A DNA stretch of 64,000 nucleotides from positions 1 through 64,000 of the IMG/VR virus record IMGVR_UViG_3300029288_004108. The stretch is one strand, 5' to 3'. The DNA is from a virus. Its lineage: Duplodnaviria; Caudoviricetes. The notes under the pieces are model-generated. The model made no database searches and had not been told where the DNA came from. It saw nothing but the letters and a program-made list of their open reading frames with translations. The translations under genes and the position numbers were made by a program. Shown one piece after another: positions 26,879 through 37,560 of this stretch (position 1 is the stretch's first letter; each line of letters starts with the position of its first letter).

Positions 26879-29800
26879 TAGTATAACGAGTTTTTCTTAT
26901 TTGCTTTTTTCAATATACCTACAAGAGCATCCTGTTCGATACGGAATACTACTTCTCCTCCCTCAGATGAATCATTACGGGAAGACAGAGAGTCTGCCAC
27001 ATTCTTTGGTAATACTACTTCTCCTGATGATAATAAGGCAGGATAGGAATCATTCGGGTAACCTCTTGGAACTACTCCACCTTTAGCAAATCTTCCTGTC
27101 TGCATGCTCAGGAAAGATGTAGGACTTACTGATTTCATAAATCCTCCGACCTTTGCAGGAGCTATGATTGCCATGATAATTTTCATAGCCAGAAGTCTTG
27201 CTAATGCAGCCATCAGTTCATTTATAATGCTTTTCAATATCCCACTCAATACCTGTTGCATATCCTTACCACCTTCCATTATTGATTGGAACATATCAGT
27301 AAAAGCATCTGCGAGTAAATCGGTAGCAGTCTGAGCATTGGTGAGGGTTTGAAGTTGTTTAGCCATTGATTTAAACATCTCCGTACTACCTTGTCCATTC
27401 TCAGACATGGATTGTAACTTATTTTCTAAAGTACTTATTTTGCCAGAGAGCAATTCACTATTGGTTGCTGCGGTATCCAAAGCATTATTCATATCTGTTA
27501 ACCAAGTAAGCTCCTGTGCATTTTGCAAATCAACCAATTCAATCTTTAATCGTTTTATATCATCTACAGTTTTCTGTACTGCTCTCTCATCAAGAATAAC
27601 TCCCTTTTCTTCCTTCTTGGTAAACATATCACGAAGATCCCGTTGAGCTGCCTGCAGAGCATAACTGACTACTTCAATTTTACCAGCCAGCCCACCAAAA
27701 GCATCAGCTTCCGACTGGAGAATGTTAAGCATTTTGTTATCTTCTGCTTTTTCCTTCTGCTCATTCCACAACTGAAGATCACGATAAGCTTTCCGGATAA
27801 TAGCAACCTGAGCTACTATATCTGCTCCGGCAGCAATTCCAAAGAGGGAAGTTTTCCCTGCTGATTTTGTAACAAGCTCAATCAGACTTTCATAGTTCTT
27901 TTTATATGCTTCAAACTTAGCAGAAGTATCATCAAATGAAGGATCTATGAATTTATGTAATTGAATGGAAGATAAATCAGCATCCAAAGAATCCTTTAAT
28001 TTTTGAATAGCTGAAACGGAACCTTCAACTACTCCTTTCCATTTTTTCCAATCATCTATTGTTTGTTTTACCCAAGGAACTTTTATGGACAGTTCCGGAG
28101 TTTCTGCAATGCGTTTAACAATTCCATCATACAACTCAAAGAATGCTTTAGCCTTATCTACATCAGATCCATCACCCCAGTCAATTAATCTTTCAATACT
28201 TAATTTTCCTACTTTAAGATCCTTTTGAATAGCAGAAATTTTTTCATCTAACTCAGCCTGTTTTTTCATCTGCTCTGCTGTCTCCTCAGTAACCTTCAGT
28301 AGTTTCTGTATTTCTTCCCTGAGAGTACGATAATATTTTAAATTGGATTCAGCCGAAGTTTTATCATAACTCATTGCAGCCGTGTAACTATTAATAGCAG
28401 CATTTGCTGCTTCTATTTCTTTCTTAGCTCCTACAATAGCAACTCTATTCTCTTCCCAATGAGGATTGTTCCTATGGGTAAGGTTCCAAATATATTCCTC
28501 CTTCTCCCAAATTATTTGTTTTTGTTTTAATATAAATTCATCATTCTTTATTCCGTCTTTTTGAGCTGCAAGTATTTTATTGTATTTTGATTCCTCAAGG
28601 GAAATACGTTCATCTATCATATTTTGAACTCCTCTCAATTCCTCCTCATTGAGATTTTTCAAATTACTGATATACTTATTTGTCCCCTCTATTTGCTTAT
28701 ATACAATATCTCCTATTTTAGTATCGAGTTCCATTTCAGGAGTAGTAAACGTCAGAGCTTCCTCCATGGTTTTTATCTCGGCCTTTACTTCTCTTATTTT
28801 CTTAATCATCACTCCTATTCCAATAGATAAACCAGCAATGACTATCCCAAATGGATTGGTTGCAAAGAAAGCAATCAGAGTTTTTAGGGTTTTCCCAAGT
28901 GTAACTAAACGAGCACTCCATGAAATTGTAGCTGCTTCAGCTGCAATAACAGCTACTCTTGTTCCGGTAACAACCTGAGAGAACCATATTAAAACCTTAC
29001 CTACTCCATTGAGAGTATTTAATAAACCGGTTAGGACATATCCTAAAGTACTAAAAATAAGAGCAACAGGTCCAGCAGCAGCTACAATCAATCCCCACTT
29101 AATAACACTTTTCTGTTGAGCTTCTGTCAAGGAATCAAACCATTTAGCAACTTTATCAAGTACCCGAGTAAGCCATTCAAGTACAGGAATAAGACCTTCT
29201 GCTATTTGCTTCCCTAAGGAAATCATTGAAGTCTGCATCCCTGCTATTGCCTTATCATATCGGAGTTTGATCGTGTCTGCAACCGCAGCAAATGCTTTTC
29301 CGAGAGCTCCTGATGAATTAGTAATCTCCTTCATTATCTCAGAATTATACTTCATATTCTTTCCTGATAATGATAAGACTCCAAGCATTGCCCGGATATT
29401 TGGAAATACTTTACTGACAAGAGTTTCTCCATAAGCAGCCGACAGCTCATTTAATTTTTGCATTAAAGCCATTATACCCTGCTCACGGAGTATCTTTCTC
29501 AGATCACCATACGATGTTTTCATCTGTCCAAGAGCTTCTGATGCTTCATCCATAGCAACAGAACCCTGCTTTGTTTCTTTCATCAACACATTAAACACTC
29601 CACGGAGATATGTTGCAGCCTGAGCAGCTGTTGATCCTGTCAGGGTAATCCCTGCCATTGCCCCTGCTACCTGATCAATGGACACTCCAAGATTTGAAGC
29701 AATAGGAGTTAATGACCCCATAGCAGCAGCAAATCCAGATGCTTCTGCTTTCCCTTCCCTTACGGCAGCAACCAAGACATCCGTAGCATAAGCTGCCGTC

Positions 29801-30360
29801 AATCCTGTCCCCCGATAGGCATTTAGAACGGATGTAAGATAGTTTGCTACCTCCTGTGTTGTCCCTAATCCAGCGGCAGCCGCTTTAGCGGATTTATTAA
29901 GTACATCCAGTGCCTGAGCTCCCTGAATACCAGACGATGCAATAAAATAAAGACCTTCAGCCAATTCCTTCGGATTACGACCAAACTCCTTAGCCATATT
30001 CTGAATATCCTTACTCCAGCCATTTACAACACTCTGAGCCGTTCCGGTTAATCCTACAATCTTCTGAATAGCAAATTCATAATCCTTTGCCATTGACATC
30101 ACGGCTTTACCAGCCAAAGTCATTGGAGCTGTTATTGTAGCTGATGCCAAGTAACCAAATGTACGGATGCGTTGTGATACCAAAGCAATATGGCCGATAG
30201 CTTGTTTTGAGAACACTTCAAATGGTTGAGTTAGAGCAGGAGTGATCTTTGGAACTTTGTTTTGTATATCCTTGACAAAGTCATTTACTCTTGTCTTGGC
30301 TGCAAGTAATCCAGAGTCATCTACCCCGAGTGTAATTGTTAGAGTCCCAATATCAGCCAT
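26878..30360 (-). CDS. Tail tape measure protein
   Basis: 1160 aa, Ala-rich helical, ADIGTLTITLGVD start, GRFAKGGVV near the C-terminus. Follows the chaperones. Confidence 0.92.
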   Translation of the reverse strand: MADIGTLTITLGVDDSGLLAAKTRVNDFVKDIQNKVPKITPALTQPFEVFSKQAIGHIALVSQRIRTFGYLASATITAPMTLAGKAVMSMAKDYEFAIQKIVGLTGTAQSVVNGWSKDIQNMAKEFGRNPKELAEGLYFIASSGIQGAQALDVLNKSAKAAAAGLGTTQEVANYLTSVLNAYRGTGLTAAYATDVLVAAVREGKAEASGFAAAMGSLTPIASNLGVSIDQVAGAMAGITLTGSTAAQAATYLRGVFNVLMKETKQGSVAMDEASEALGQMKTSYGDLRKILREQGIMALMQKLNELSAAYGETLVSKVFPNIRAMLGVLSLSGKNMKYNSEIMKEITNSSGALGKAFAAVADTIKLRYDKAIAGMQTSMISLGKQIAEGLIPVLEWLTRVLDKVAKWFDSLTEAQQKSVIKWGLIVAAAGPVALIFSTLGYVLTGLLNTLNGVGKVLIWFSQVVTGTRVAVIAAEAATISWSARLVTLGKTLKTLIAFFATNPFGIVIAGLSIGIGVMIKKIREVKAEIKTMEEALTFTTPEMELDTKIGDIVYKQIEGTNKYISNLKNLNEEELRGVQNMIDERISLEESKYNKILAAQKDGIKNDEFILKQKQIIWEKEEYIWNLTHRNNPHWEENRVAIVGAKKEIEAANAAINSYTAAMSYDKTSAESNLKYYRTLREEIQKLLKVTEETAEQMKKQAELDEKISAIQKDLKVGKLSIERLIDWGDGSDVDKAKAFFELYDGIVKRIAETPELSIKVPWVKQTIDDWKKWKGVVEGSVSAIQKLKDSLDADLSSIQLHKFIDPSFDDTSAKFEAYKKNYESLIELVTKSAGKTSLFGIAAGADIVAQVAIIRKAYRDLQLWNEQKEKAEDNKMLNILQSEADAFGGLAGKIEVVSYALQAAQRDLRDMFTKKEEKGVILDERAVQKTVDDIKRLKIELVDLQNAQELTWLTDMNNALDTAATNSELLSGKISTLENKLQSMSENGQGSTEMFKSMAKQLQTLTNAQTATDLLADAFTDMFQSIMEGGKDMQQVLSGILKSIINELMAALARLLAMKIIMAIIAPAKVGGFMKSVSPTSFLSMQTGRFAKGGVVPRGYPNDSYPALLSSGEVVLPKNVADSLSSRNDSSEGGEVVFRIEQDALVGILKKANKKNSLY

Positions 30361-30829
30361 TTTGCTTTGGTTTTAAATTTGTTGGTGGACGAGTTGTATC
30401 AGCCCTTTTCTGCTTTTTCTGTGAAGCTTCATATATATCTTTCAATGCTTTTTTCATCTCATCCAAACTTTGTTTCTTGACCTCCTTAGGAGCATTCTTG
30501 TCCCACTGAGGCATATAATCAGTCAGTTCAACCAGTTGTACTTTTTTCTTTCCTGCTCCCCACTTGATAGCAATATTGGTTATTATCGTTGCCAATTCTG
30601 CCATCCTAAAATCTGCTCTCCACTCTCCTACAGGATCAAGCTGATCAGCTGCTTCCCATTCATTTATCTGATCAGCTGTAAGACCTGGAGAATGTTTCCT
30701 TAATATAGGGATTCCCAGGAAATAATAAGTACTTACTACACCATCTAAAAGAACGTCAGGGTGTAAAACCCCTAATTCTCTACAGAGTCGGAACCAGAAT
30801 TGTCGGCTTGGCCGACTACGGAGTTTTTT
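30353..30829 (-). CDS. Tail assembly chaperone T segment reached by -1 frameshift (G-T)
   Basis: The -1 frame from the slip site is open: KLRSRPSRQFWFRLCRELGVLHPD...EWEAADQLDPVGEWRADFRMAELAT..., continuing to the stop at 30353. Confidence 0.82.
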   Translation of the reverse strand, partial: KKLRSRPSRQFWFRLCRELGVLHPDVLLDGVVSTYYFLGIPILRKHSPGLTADQINEWEAADQLDPVGEWRADFRMAELATIITNIAIKWGAGKKKVQLVELTDYMPQWDKNAPKEVKKQSLDEMKKALKDIYEASQKKQKRADTTRPPTNLKPKQNG

Positions 30830-31182
30830 ACTAATGCCTCCTTATCCTGTTCTGATACCCGATTTATTCGTTGAGCTTCCGTTACAATCTTATCCAGTGA
30901 TGCCGCAGACATATTCTGACTCAATGTTCCAATATCAGTATGTTGCAGCAATAGATTCCCTTCTTCATCACAAAGGGTAGCCACCGCCAGCTTTGCCCGG
31001 AAATCATCCAGTGCCTGTTGATACTTTCCACCAGGTCCTTCTTTTAGTAAGGATGTTTCCCAGCGGTCTCTTTCCCTACCTGACATCTGACGGACAAACA
31101 CAAAATTATCTTCTCCAAGATCCACTTTTACAATCTGCACTTTCTCTTTCTGCAGAAGGTCTTTACGATTTAATAGTCCCAT
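30772..31182 (-). CDS. Tail assembly chaperone (G)
   Basis: FVFVRQMSGRERDRWE, LCDEEGN. Located between the tail tube and tape measure genes. Confidence 0.85.
   Translation of the reverse strand: MGLLNRKDLLQKEKVQIVKVDLGEDNFVFVRQMSGRERDRWETSLLKEGPGGKYQQALDDFRAKLAVATLCDEEGNLLLQHTDIGTLSQNMSAASLDKIVTEAQRINRVSEQDKEALVKNSVVGQADNSGSDSVEN
30802..30829 (-). promoter_or_regulatory. Programmed -1 frameshift signal: A_AAA_AAC plus downstream hairpin
   Basis: Minus strand GTA AAA AAC (30829-30823), followed 6 nt later by GTCGGC-CAA-GCCGAC (30816-30802). Confidence 0.8.
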
Positions 31183-31220
31183 GATTAGTTTTTGTTTTGT
31201 TGTTTATAAAATAAAAAATT

Positions 31221-31229
31221 CTTGATTAG
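31221..31229 (-). repeat. CTAATCAAG(T)AATTTTTT motif, copy after the tail tube gene
   Basis: The same 9-mer plus U-tract occurs at 41670-41678 after the major capsid gene. Confidence 0.55.
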
Positions 31230-31247
31230 AATTAGTTTTTCAATCTA

Positions 31248-31682
31248 CTACGACGGAGCTTCAGTAGCGGTACCTGAGTTCATTGTTACAGGTCCACTGA
31301 TCTTAATAGTAACGTCGGCAGTAATCTTATCATCTGTCGGAATGGTAATAGGACATTCTGTTACCAAACCTTCAAATTCTAATGTAGTTAACTCTGCATC
31401 TGAAAGACAGATTTCATAGAAGTGAGAATTAGGATCCTCGAAATCGTCCTTAAATGCATCGTAGGTAGCTCTGGTGAAGTTCATACTGAGGGAAATTGTT
31501 CCTGCATCCCTAAAGCCAGCAATGAACTCCCGATAACCACCAGTGGAATCCAGTGACGTTACGTCAATGAAATCCCTTGTCATTGTCGGACCGGTGATAG
31601 AATTTATTTCTGCCAGATTAGCCCAAGCTGAACCACTCCAGCGACGAAATTGTGTTCCTACCCCTGATACTGCATTACTCAT
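31248..31682 (-). CDS. Major tail tube protein
   Basis: IDVTSLDSTGGYREFIAGFRDAGTISL, TADVTIKISG. AAGGAGGT upstream. Confidence 0.88.
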   Translation of the reverse strand: MSNAVSGVGTQFRRWSGSAWANLAEINSITGPTMTRDFIDVTSLDSTGGYREFIAGFRDAGTISLSMNFTRATYDAFKDDFEDPNSHFYEICLSDAELTTLEFEGLVTECPITIPTDDKITADVTIKISGPVTMNSGTATEAPS

Positions 31683-31721
31683 TTGTTTTTACCTCCTTCT
31701 CAATAATTAAATTAAACATTT

Positions 31722-32123
31722 TTACCTTCTCTGAATGTCAAAATTTATGACAAAATGAGCAAGGCCGTTGTCATCCCAAGTCATGAACGTTGGTCCATTC
31801 TTACAAGCAACAACGCTATATAAAGTTCCATTCCATGTCTCCTGTGCCCGGCCATGGAGAGAACTAATTATATTCTGAGCCAAATCCATCGCTTCCCGGT
31901 AATCAGAGTTACGAAGTCTGATCTGTACGGATGGGTAATAATATGCTCCTTCTGATTTTCCTGCCAAAGACATACTTGGAGGATACCCGTAACTATCCAA
32001 TATGACAACAGAGTTTTTTGGAGTAGTCGGTTCTTTACCTACGAAAAGAGTAGTTCCAATGACAAGTCCGAGACTTGTATCGGCAACTAACATGGCAGCA
32101 ATATCAACTGAAGTAGCATTCAT
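31722..32123 (-). CDS. Tail terminator-like protein
   Basis: YPSVQIRLR, HFVINFDI. Located before the tail tube gene. Confidence 0.7.
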   Translation of the reverse strand: MNATSVDIAAMLVADTSLGLVIGTTLFVGKEPTTPKNSVVILDSYGYPPSMSLAGKSEGAYYYPSVQIRLRNSDYREAMDLAQNIISSLHGRAQETWNGTLYSVVACKNGPTFMTWDDNGLAHFVINFDIQRR

Positions 32124-32689
32124 TTTACTGTAGCATTTTTCTTTATCGTATCAATTATCTTGTTCCTATTTTTCTTAAAAGCTGCTTCCAACCATTTTCC
32201 TCCTGACCCTGGTCTCGACCAATTAACATCAGGGTGAGTCCCTTCCATCTCATGCACAAACAAAGCATAGTTAGCAGAATAACCCATCATAACAATAGGG
32301 CCTCGTTTTGCAAGAGCATTAACAGCTGCTTTTGCTCCTCCTACGATTGCTGTGTGTTGTGCTCTCATATCCTTTGCTTTTGCCCCGGTCTTTGGATTCT
32401 TTTTGAAATGACCTGATAAACTATCTCCATGTTCCCCTTCAGCTGATACAACAAACCAACTTGCCCGGAGATTACCAGTATCAACAGGAGTAAGTGGAGA
32501 TTCATTTTCTGTAGCATTCCTAATCAATACAGCTGATTCAATCAGTCCCTTAGAAGTACGATCTTTAATTCCAAGGATTTGAACATTGAGATTTTTTAAC
32601 ACCTCATCCAACCCGGTGATAGTTGTCTGATTATATCCTCCGAGATGACCAACACTTCTTTGTCCAAATCCTCTTAGTCGCTTTGCCAT
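32120..32689 (-). CDS. HK97 gp10-like neck/tail completion protein
   Basis: TPVDTGNLRAS, YALFVHE, KWLEAA. Confidence 0.78.
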   Translation of the reverse strand: MAKRLRGFGQRSVGHLGGYNQTTITGLDEVLKNLNVQILGIKDRTSKGLIESAVLIRNATENESPLTPVDTGNLRASWFVVSAEGEHGDSLSGHFKKNPKTGAKAKDMRAQHTAIVGGAKAAVNALAKRGPIVMMGYSANYALFVHEMEGTHPDVNWSRPGSGGKWLEAAFKKNRNKIIDTIKKNATVK

Positions 32690-32690
32690 A

Positions 32691-33101
32691 TTATGTTAAC
32701 CAAGGTGTTAAAAATGCTTTTCGTAAAAATACAGTATTTGAACCAACTGCAGGTGTCTTTTCAAATCTTTTAATTATATGAGCTCCCACAATTTTATGAG
32801 GATCATAAAAGCTACCACTGCTATCACTGCTATCTTCCAAATCAGTCAATGAACCAAGATACAGAAATCCTTCTTCATCCAAATCCTGATTGACAAAAAC
32901 TATTGCCCTACAAATATCCTGATAACCAATAACCTGGTTCCCGGTAATGGTTCCAAGCACCTGAGCTTTTTCTTCCCACCTACATACAATTTCCACAGGA
33001 TCATCAAATGTAATAGAACCATAACCATCTTCCTGAGGATTCCCCCAATAGACAGCAGTCTGTACTAATCTTGATGTTATGAAATCTGCTATACTCATCA
33101 C
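32691..33101 (-). CDS. Head closure/stopper protein
   Basis: QTAVYW, DGYG...FDDPVEIVCRWE. Position in the neck module. Confidence 0.7.
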   Translation of the reverse strand: MMSIADFITSRLVQTAVYWGNPQEDGYGSITFDDPVEIVCRWEEKAQVLGTITGNQVIGYQDICRAIVFVNQDLDEEGFLYLGSLTDLEDSSDSSGSFYDPHKIVGAHIIKRFEKTPAVGSNTVFLRKAFLTPWLT

Positions 33102-33478
33102 TCGAAACTTTTAACTGCATATATTGATGCTGCTTTCAAACCGGTCTTTGCAATTAACCCTGATGGATCAAGAGCAAGTAGGAGTTGTCCGTAGGGGGTA
33201 GATTCAAAACCTTTCCCCCACTGTCCGGCGTACTTTATCCTTGCATCTCCGATCTGCTCCTCCATAGCAACCCGGGAAGTCGTACTGGCTATGATGTGAG
33301 CAACATAACAGGCTTGAATCTTTGCAAGTAAAGTATCACTGATTGTCCCGGTATAATATTCATATACCTTTGTAAGTATCAAATCGACTGTTTCCAATAA
33401 AACATTGACATAACCTTCACCAAGACTTGAGTCCTGCATCAGATCAGCTACATCATCTGTTGTTGCTAATACGGCCAT
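33098..33478 (-). CDS. Head-tail connector/adaptor
   Basis: YVAHIIA, EEQIGDARIKY, STPYGQ. AAGGAGGT upstream. Confidence 0.72.
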   Translation of the reverse strand: MAVLATTDDVADLMQDSSLGEGYVNVLLETVDLILTKVYEYYTGTISDTLLAKIQACYVAHIIASTTSRVAMEEQIGDARIKYAGQWGKGFESTPYGQLLLALDPSGLIAKTGLKAASIYAVKSFE

Positions 33479-34178
33479 ATTTTACCTCCTTTTCTTTCTT
33501 ACGTGTTGTTTCCAATAATGGATCAATATAATTGAATACTGATGGCTTCCATCGCAGTCGGAGCCAATCGAGTGTTTCATACAACTGGGAATAATCTCCA
33601 TAAACTAATCTCTCAGGATACACTACTTTACAATCCAGTCCTTCCGTGATCATCTCCACAAACCGCTTTTCATATTCATGAACCAACCATAACCACCCTT
33701 CCTTCTCAGACGAAATCCCTACGGCTTTCCTTTTATCGGGATCCTTGAAGGCTTGCATATATCCTGTCTTTTGACAAGATTCCACTATATCTGCTGTTCT
33801 CCTGCGAACGATTACCCATTTAGCATGAGGGTAGGCTGAGTGCCATACAGCCCAAATGAGAGCTGCTCTACTGCTTTTATAAAACCATTCCCCTTTTTCA
33901 TATCCTTCTCTTTCAAATATCTCATCTACAGAATCCTTCCAGGTAAGTGGAATTTTTATATGTTGTTTATCCGGTAGTGGGTATTGTCCCATTTCATCAG
34001 CCCAAATACTTGCAAGGTAAGGTTTTTCAAGTACCTCCTTTATAGCATCATTTTCATTTACCCCTTTATACCCGGACATACTTCCACCAAATGCTCCACA
34101 ACGATTTATCACTCCTGCAATCATGGAAGCTCCTGATCGTGGGACACCTGTAACTATTATTGGAGGACGTTCTATCAT
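33453..34178 (-). CDS. Sulfotransferase family protein
   Basis: PIIVTGVPRSGASM (PAPS-binding loop type), WVIVRR, VYPERL. Confidence 0.75.
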   Translation of the reverse strand: MIERPPIIVTGVPRSGASMIAGVINRCGAFGGSMSGYKGVNENDAIKEVLEKPYLASIWADEMGQYPLPDKQHIKIPLTWKDSVDEIFEREGYEKGEWFYKSSRAALIWAVWHSAYPHAKWVIVRRRTADIVESCQKTGYMQAFKDPDKRKAVGISSEKEGWLWLVHEYEKRFVEMITEGLDCKVVYPERLVYGDYSQLYETLDWLRLRWKPSVFNYIDPLLETTRKKEKEVKYGRISNNR

Positions 34179-35440
34179 GCTCTGTATTTATTTCGCACCA
34201 TTACTCTTTCTGCCATTTTTTCACTATCCGGAACAACCCGGACTTTCTGCTGAGGATGTCGGCGATAGTGAGCAAGTATTGACGGACAATACCCCAGTTT
34301 CAATCCTGCTTTGAAACAACGTAGACTAAATTCATACTCCTCCATTGTGTTTAATGACTCGTCAAATGTACCTATTTTTTCAAATACTTCCTTACGATAC
34401 ATTAAAGTTGCTGAATGAATATAATTCTTTACAAGCATATCACGAAGTGTGGGATGCTCTATTTTAGGTTTATATAATATCCGATCAGACTTATATGAAT
34501 AAAATTCCTCTGCCCACCCATGAATAAAATCAGCTCCGGTGCTTTCAAAAGTCCTGATGGAATCCTCAATACAGTTTGGAGAGAGCATATCATCTTCATG
34601 TAAATAACGAATGTAATCTCCTTCCGCCTGTGGGAGGACTTTATTAAAGTTTGCCGGCCAATTTCCACTACCCTGTCCAAGTAATAACTGAACACCTTTC
34701 GGCACACTGTCAATAGCATCCTGGAGCCATCCTCTGTCCACTTTGTAGGGAATAATTACAGTTACTAACCTGTTGAAGAACACTCTTTGTTGCACGTAGT
34801 GATTTACCCAATCTAAACCTATTGCCTGTAATATACGGGGTTTCCCGTGGAAACAGATAAGATTGGCTCCGTGGGGGATGCTATCTAACAGTTGCCTGCT
34901 CCTTGGTTTAAAATCATATATGGTGTTTGTAATGTTTTGCCAAAATAAATCTGCTTGTATAACTGTCCGTAAATAAGTATCCATACGCTTCCCCGTAGGA
35001 GCTTTGAAGGATTGCCAAACCTTCTTTATCTTCTCCGATTCGGCAGGGAACCAAACCAAACCAGTAGCCAACTGCCCTACCTGCCAAAAGTCTTGGAGTG
35101 TAATAAACTTTTTACGATCAGGAATGATATCAATAAGGCGTTCCAGAGAGTTGATTACAGCGGTATCTAAATCAATGTAAAGGAACGGTCGGTATTGTTC
35201 CATTGCAGGAGAGTAGAGTTCCATACGAGACCATGTACCGGGGAGAGTAGTCTGTAAAGGAATTACTTCAAATCCCTGCAGGTCATAATGAGTAGAGGCT
35301 TTATCCCACATGCAGATAATTCGTGGACGAACAGGAGATTGCCATTTTCCATTAATGTGTCGGGCAATCAGCTGGACATCTCCCATCGAGAAATCTCCTC
35401 CTGAACGTAATACAAGCATTATGGTTTCTCTCTTTTTCAT
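34175..35440 (-). CDS. Two-domain glycosyltransferase (GT8-like plus GT2-like)
   Basis: WSRMELY, LYIDLDTAV, ICFHGKPR. Then VTVIIPYK, YLHEDD, EEYEFSLR. Confidence 0.85.
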   Translation of the reverse strand: MKKRETIMLVLRSGGDFSMGDVQLIARHINGKWQSPVRPRIICMWDKASTHYDLQGFEVIPLQTTLPGTWSRMELYSPAMEQYRPFLYIDLDTAVINSLERLIDIIPDRKKFITLQDFWQVGQLATGLVWFPAESEKIKKVWQSFKAPTGKRMDTYLRTVIQADLFWQNITNTIYDFKPRSRQLLDSIPHGANLICFHGKPRILQAIGLDWVNHYVQQRVFFNRLVTVIIPYKVDRGWLQDAIDSVPKGVQLLLGQGSGNWPANFNKVLPQAEGDYIRYLHEDDMLSPNCIEDSIRTFESTGADFIHGWAEEFYSYKSDRILYKPKIEHPTLRDMLVKNYIHSATLMYRKEVFEKIGTFDESLNTMEEYEFSLRCFKAGLKLGYCPSILAHYRRHPQQKVRVVPDSEKMAERVMVRNKYRA

Positions 35441-36264
35441 ATCTTCCCCAGTAAATCCGTTACAGCATGCTCAAGTTGTTCTTTTGGATTAAGCCATGTT
35501 TTGGAAAGCAGATAATTCTTTTCCATTGCTATCTTTGCTTTCCGGTAATCGTCCGGAGTCAACTGATTACATACTTCCACAATCTCCTCTATATTATTAA
35601 CCCTGATCATACCAGCAGGATCAAAATACTGCTCAATATTTGAACAACCATAATATATTGGAAGAGTATGTGATTGGAAACAATCCAAAAGCTTTTCTGA
35701 AAAGTAATTCCGGATTGACGTATTTTCAATAGCTATATGGAACATTGAATCAAACAATGGTTCCTTTGATGCTCCCAGTATCAATTCCCCTTCATAATTT
35801 ACTTCTGTCCACGGGACAAAGGTATGCCAAAACTTAGCATTTCCACTCAGATAAAATCTCTTTGGAACTGTTATCCTATCACGATTCTTCCAAACCTGAT
35901 GACGCAATTCATACCCTTCCATCTTAGAATCACTCTTCCCACCAACAACAGTAGATACTGAGAAATGCTTCCGTGGAGATTTGTAATTGATTACCCACGG
36001 TTTTGTCATATGAAATTTTATAGCCTTTAAATTAGACTTGAGTAGCTCGTTATGAAAAGTAAACAGATAAGAATAATATTCCGGATGCTTCTTTACCAAT
36101 CTGTATAATAGACCTTTTCTTGGTTCTTCCAATACCTGAATACGGATATTTCCACGCTGTACTCTCGAACGGTTCAATTCATCTATGTAAACATCCACAT
36201 CCTTGTCTGAGTAAACCTCAAACGGGACGGGATTATTACCATAGTGAAATCTTACCTTTTTCAT
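35437..36264 (-). CDS. GT10 (alpha-1,3-fucosyltransferase-like) glycosyltransferase
   Basis: FHIAIEN, YFSEKLLDCF, PIYYG. Confidence 0.82.
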   Translation of the reverse strand: MKKVRFHYGNNPVPFEVYSDKDVDVYIDELNRSRVQRGNIRIQVLEEPRKGLLYRLVKKHPEYYSYLFTFHNELLKSNLKAIKFHMTKPWVINYKSPRKHFSVSTVVGGKSDSKMEGYELRHQVWKNRDRITVPKRFYLSGNAKFWHTFVPWTEVNYEGELILGASKEPLFDSMFHIAIENTSIRNYFSEKLLDCFQSHTLPIYYGCSNIEQYFDPAGMIRVNNIEEIVEVCNQLTPDDYRKAKIAMEKNYLLSKTWLNPKEQLEHAVTDLLGKI

Positions 36265-36755
36265 ACCTTTGCTACTAATACATCTTTTTCAACATAACCA
36301 TCTTCCAAATAAAACTGATATGCCTGATTGATCTTTGTTATTTTGTGTCGGAGAATATCGGTATTGAATCCACATTTTTCCTTTTTCCAGTCCCTGAGAT
36401 CATCAATCAGGAGAGTGTGAGTCTTAACAGGATGGTTCCGAATAATTTCCAATTCCTGAAGTAAAGGAGATTTTCCATTTCCTTTGTGAGCATCAAGCCA
36501 GAAAGTAACAGGTTCTTCTATATATCTTAATAACACTCCCAGCACTTTTACTGTATCTCCAAGAAGTAGATGGACATCCGGGTGATCCTTAAATCTTTCC
36601 TGGCAGTGATTATATCTCTCAGGGTCTATCTCAATAGAGTAAACAATCTCAAACCCTTCATCCAGTGCCTGTTGAATCCCATCGCCATAATTGGAACCGG
36701 TCTCAACAAAAACCCTATTTAAGTATTTTCCAAATAATCCCTTAGTCGCTGACAT
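36261..36755 (-). CDS. SAM-dependent methyltransferase-like protein
   Basis: FVETGSNYGDG, SIEID, FWLDAH, LLIDD. Confidence 0.72.
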   Translation of the reverse strand: MSATKGLFGKYLNRVFVETGSNYGDGIQQALDEGFEIVYSIEIDPERYNHCQERFKDHPDVHLLLGDTVKVLGVLLRYIEEPVTFWLDAHKGNGKSPLLQELEIIRNHPVKTHTLLIDDLRDWKKEKCGFNTDILRHKITKINQAYQFYLEDGYVEKDVLVAKV

Positions 36756-37560
36756 AACTCCTTATTTTATCTTTCCAATAATTAAAAGTTAATTTCTCCT
36801 TATCCCATTTTCCTTTCTTATACAATTCCCATATATTATCAAGAATTTCTTTTGTAACCTCTTCCCATTCACTTACGTATACTATAGGTAAATCATTATA
36901 AAACCATGTATTAATACCTTTCTTTACAATCGGTATAGCTCCCATGTAGAGTGTTTCCCAAAGGCGGTGAGTATCTATACCATTTCCATCAGGACAGAAT
37001 ACATATTTATGATTGTAAATATTATTCAAATATTCATCAAATCCTACTCCATTAACTCCATGGAAAGATGTAACCCAAGGTTCTTTTTCAAACAAATCAT
37101 ACAACGGCTGTCGTTCCTTTGGATTGGTTTTTACATTGGAATTAAGATATACAAGATTCTTGTATTTCCTTGGTATTTTCAACCAAGCTTCCATCTTCTC
37201 TTTCTTCCGGATATTCTTAAACCACTTATCATTTTCCAACCCTATTGGGATCGACTCTACCTTAGGATTAGTAGTATTTACATTTTGAGTAAACCAATGA
37301 ATAACATTATCCGGAACCTGGAAAGAATCATCTATATTTACATCACAATTATGAGTAACAATAACAAACTCACACTTTAATCCTTTGATTTCCTCAAACA
37401 GCTGACGGACATACATTGTATGAGTATAAACAATATTCCTTTCCTTTAAAGCACAAGGACAATAAGTATTTTCCAAAGGGTTGCAATCTTTAACTCCCTT
37501 TGGATAGTAAACAAGATCAGCTACCCCTACAAATTTTTCTCCTGTAATCCAATCCATCAT
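36742..37560 (-). CDS. Exostosin/GT47-like glycosyltransferase
   Basis: FCPDGNGIDTHRLWETLYMGAIPIV. Confidence 0.78.
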   Translation of the reverse strand: MMDWITGEKFVGVADLVYYPKGVKDCNPLENTYCPCALKERNIVYTHTMYVRQLFEEIKGLKCEFVIVTHNCDVNIDDSFQVPDNVIHWFTQNVNTTNPKVESIPIGLENDKWFKNIRKKEKMEAWLKIPRKYKNLVYLNSNVKTNPKERQPLYDLFEKEPWVTSFHGVNGVGFDEYLNNIYNHKYVFCPDGNGIDTHRLWETLYMGAIPIVKKGINTWFYNDLPIVYVSEWEEVTKEILDNIWELYKKGKWDKEKLTFNYWKDKIRSYVSD

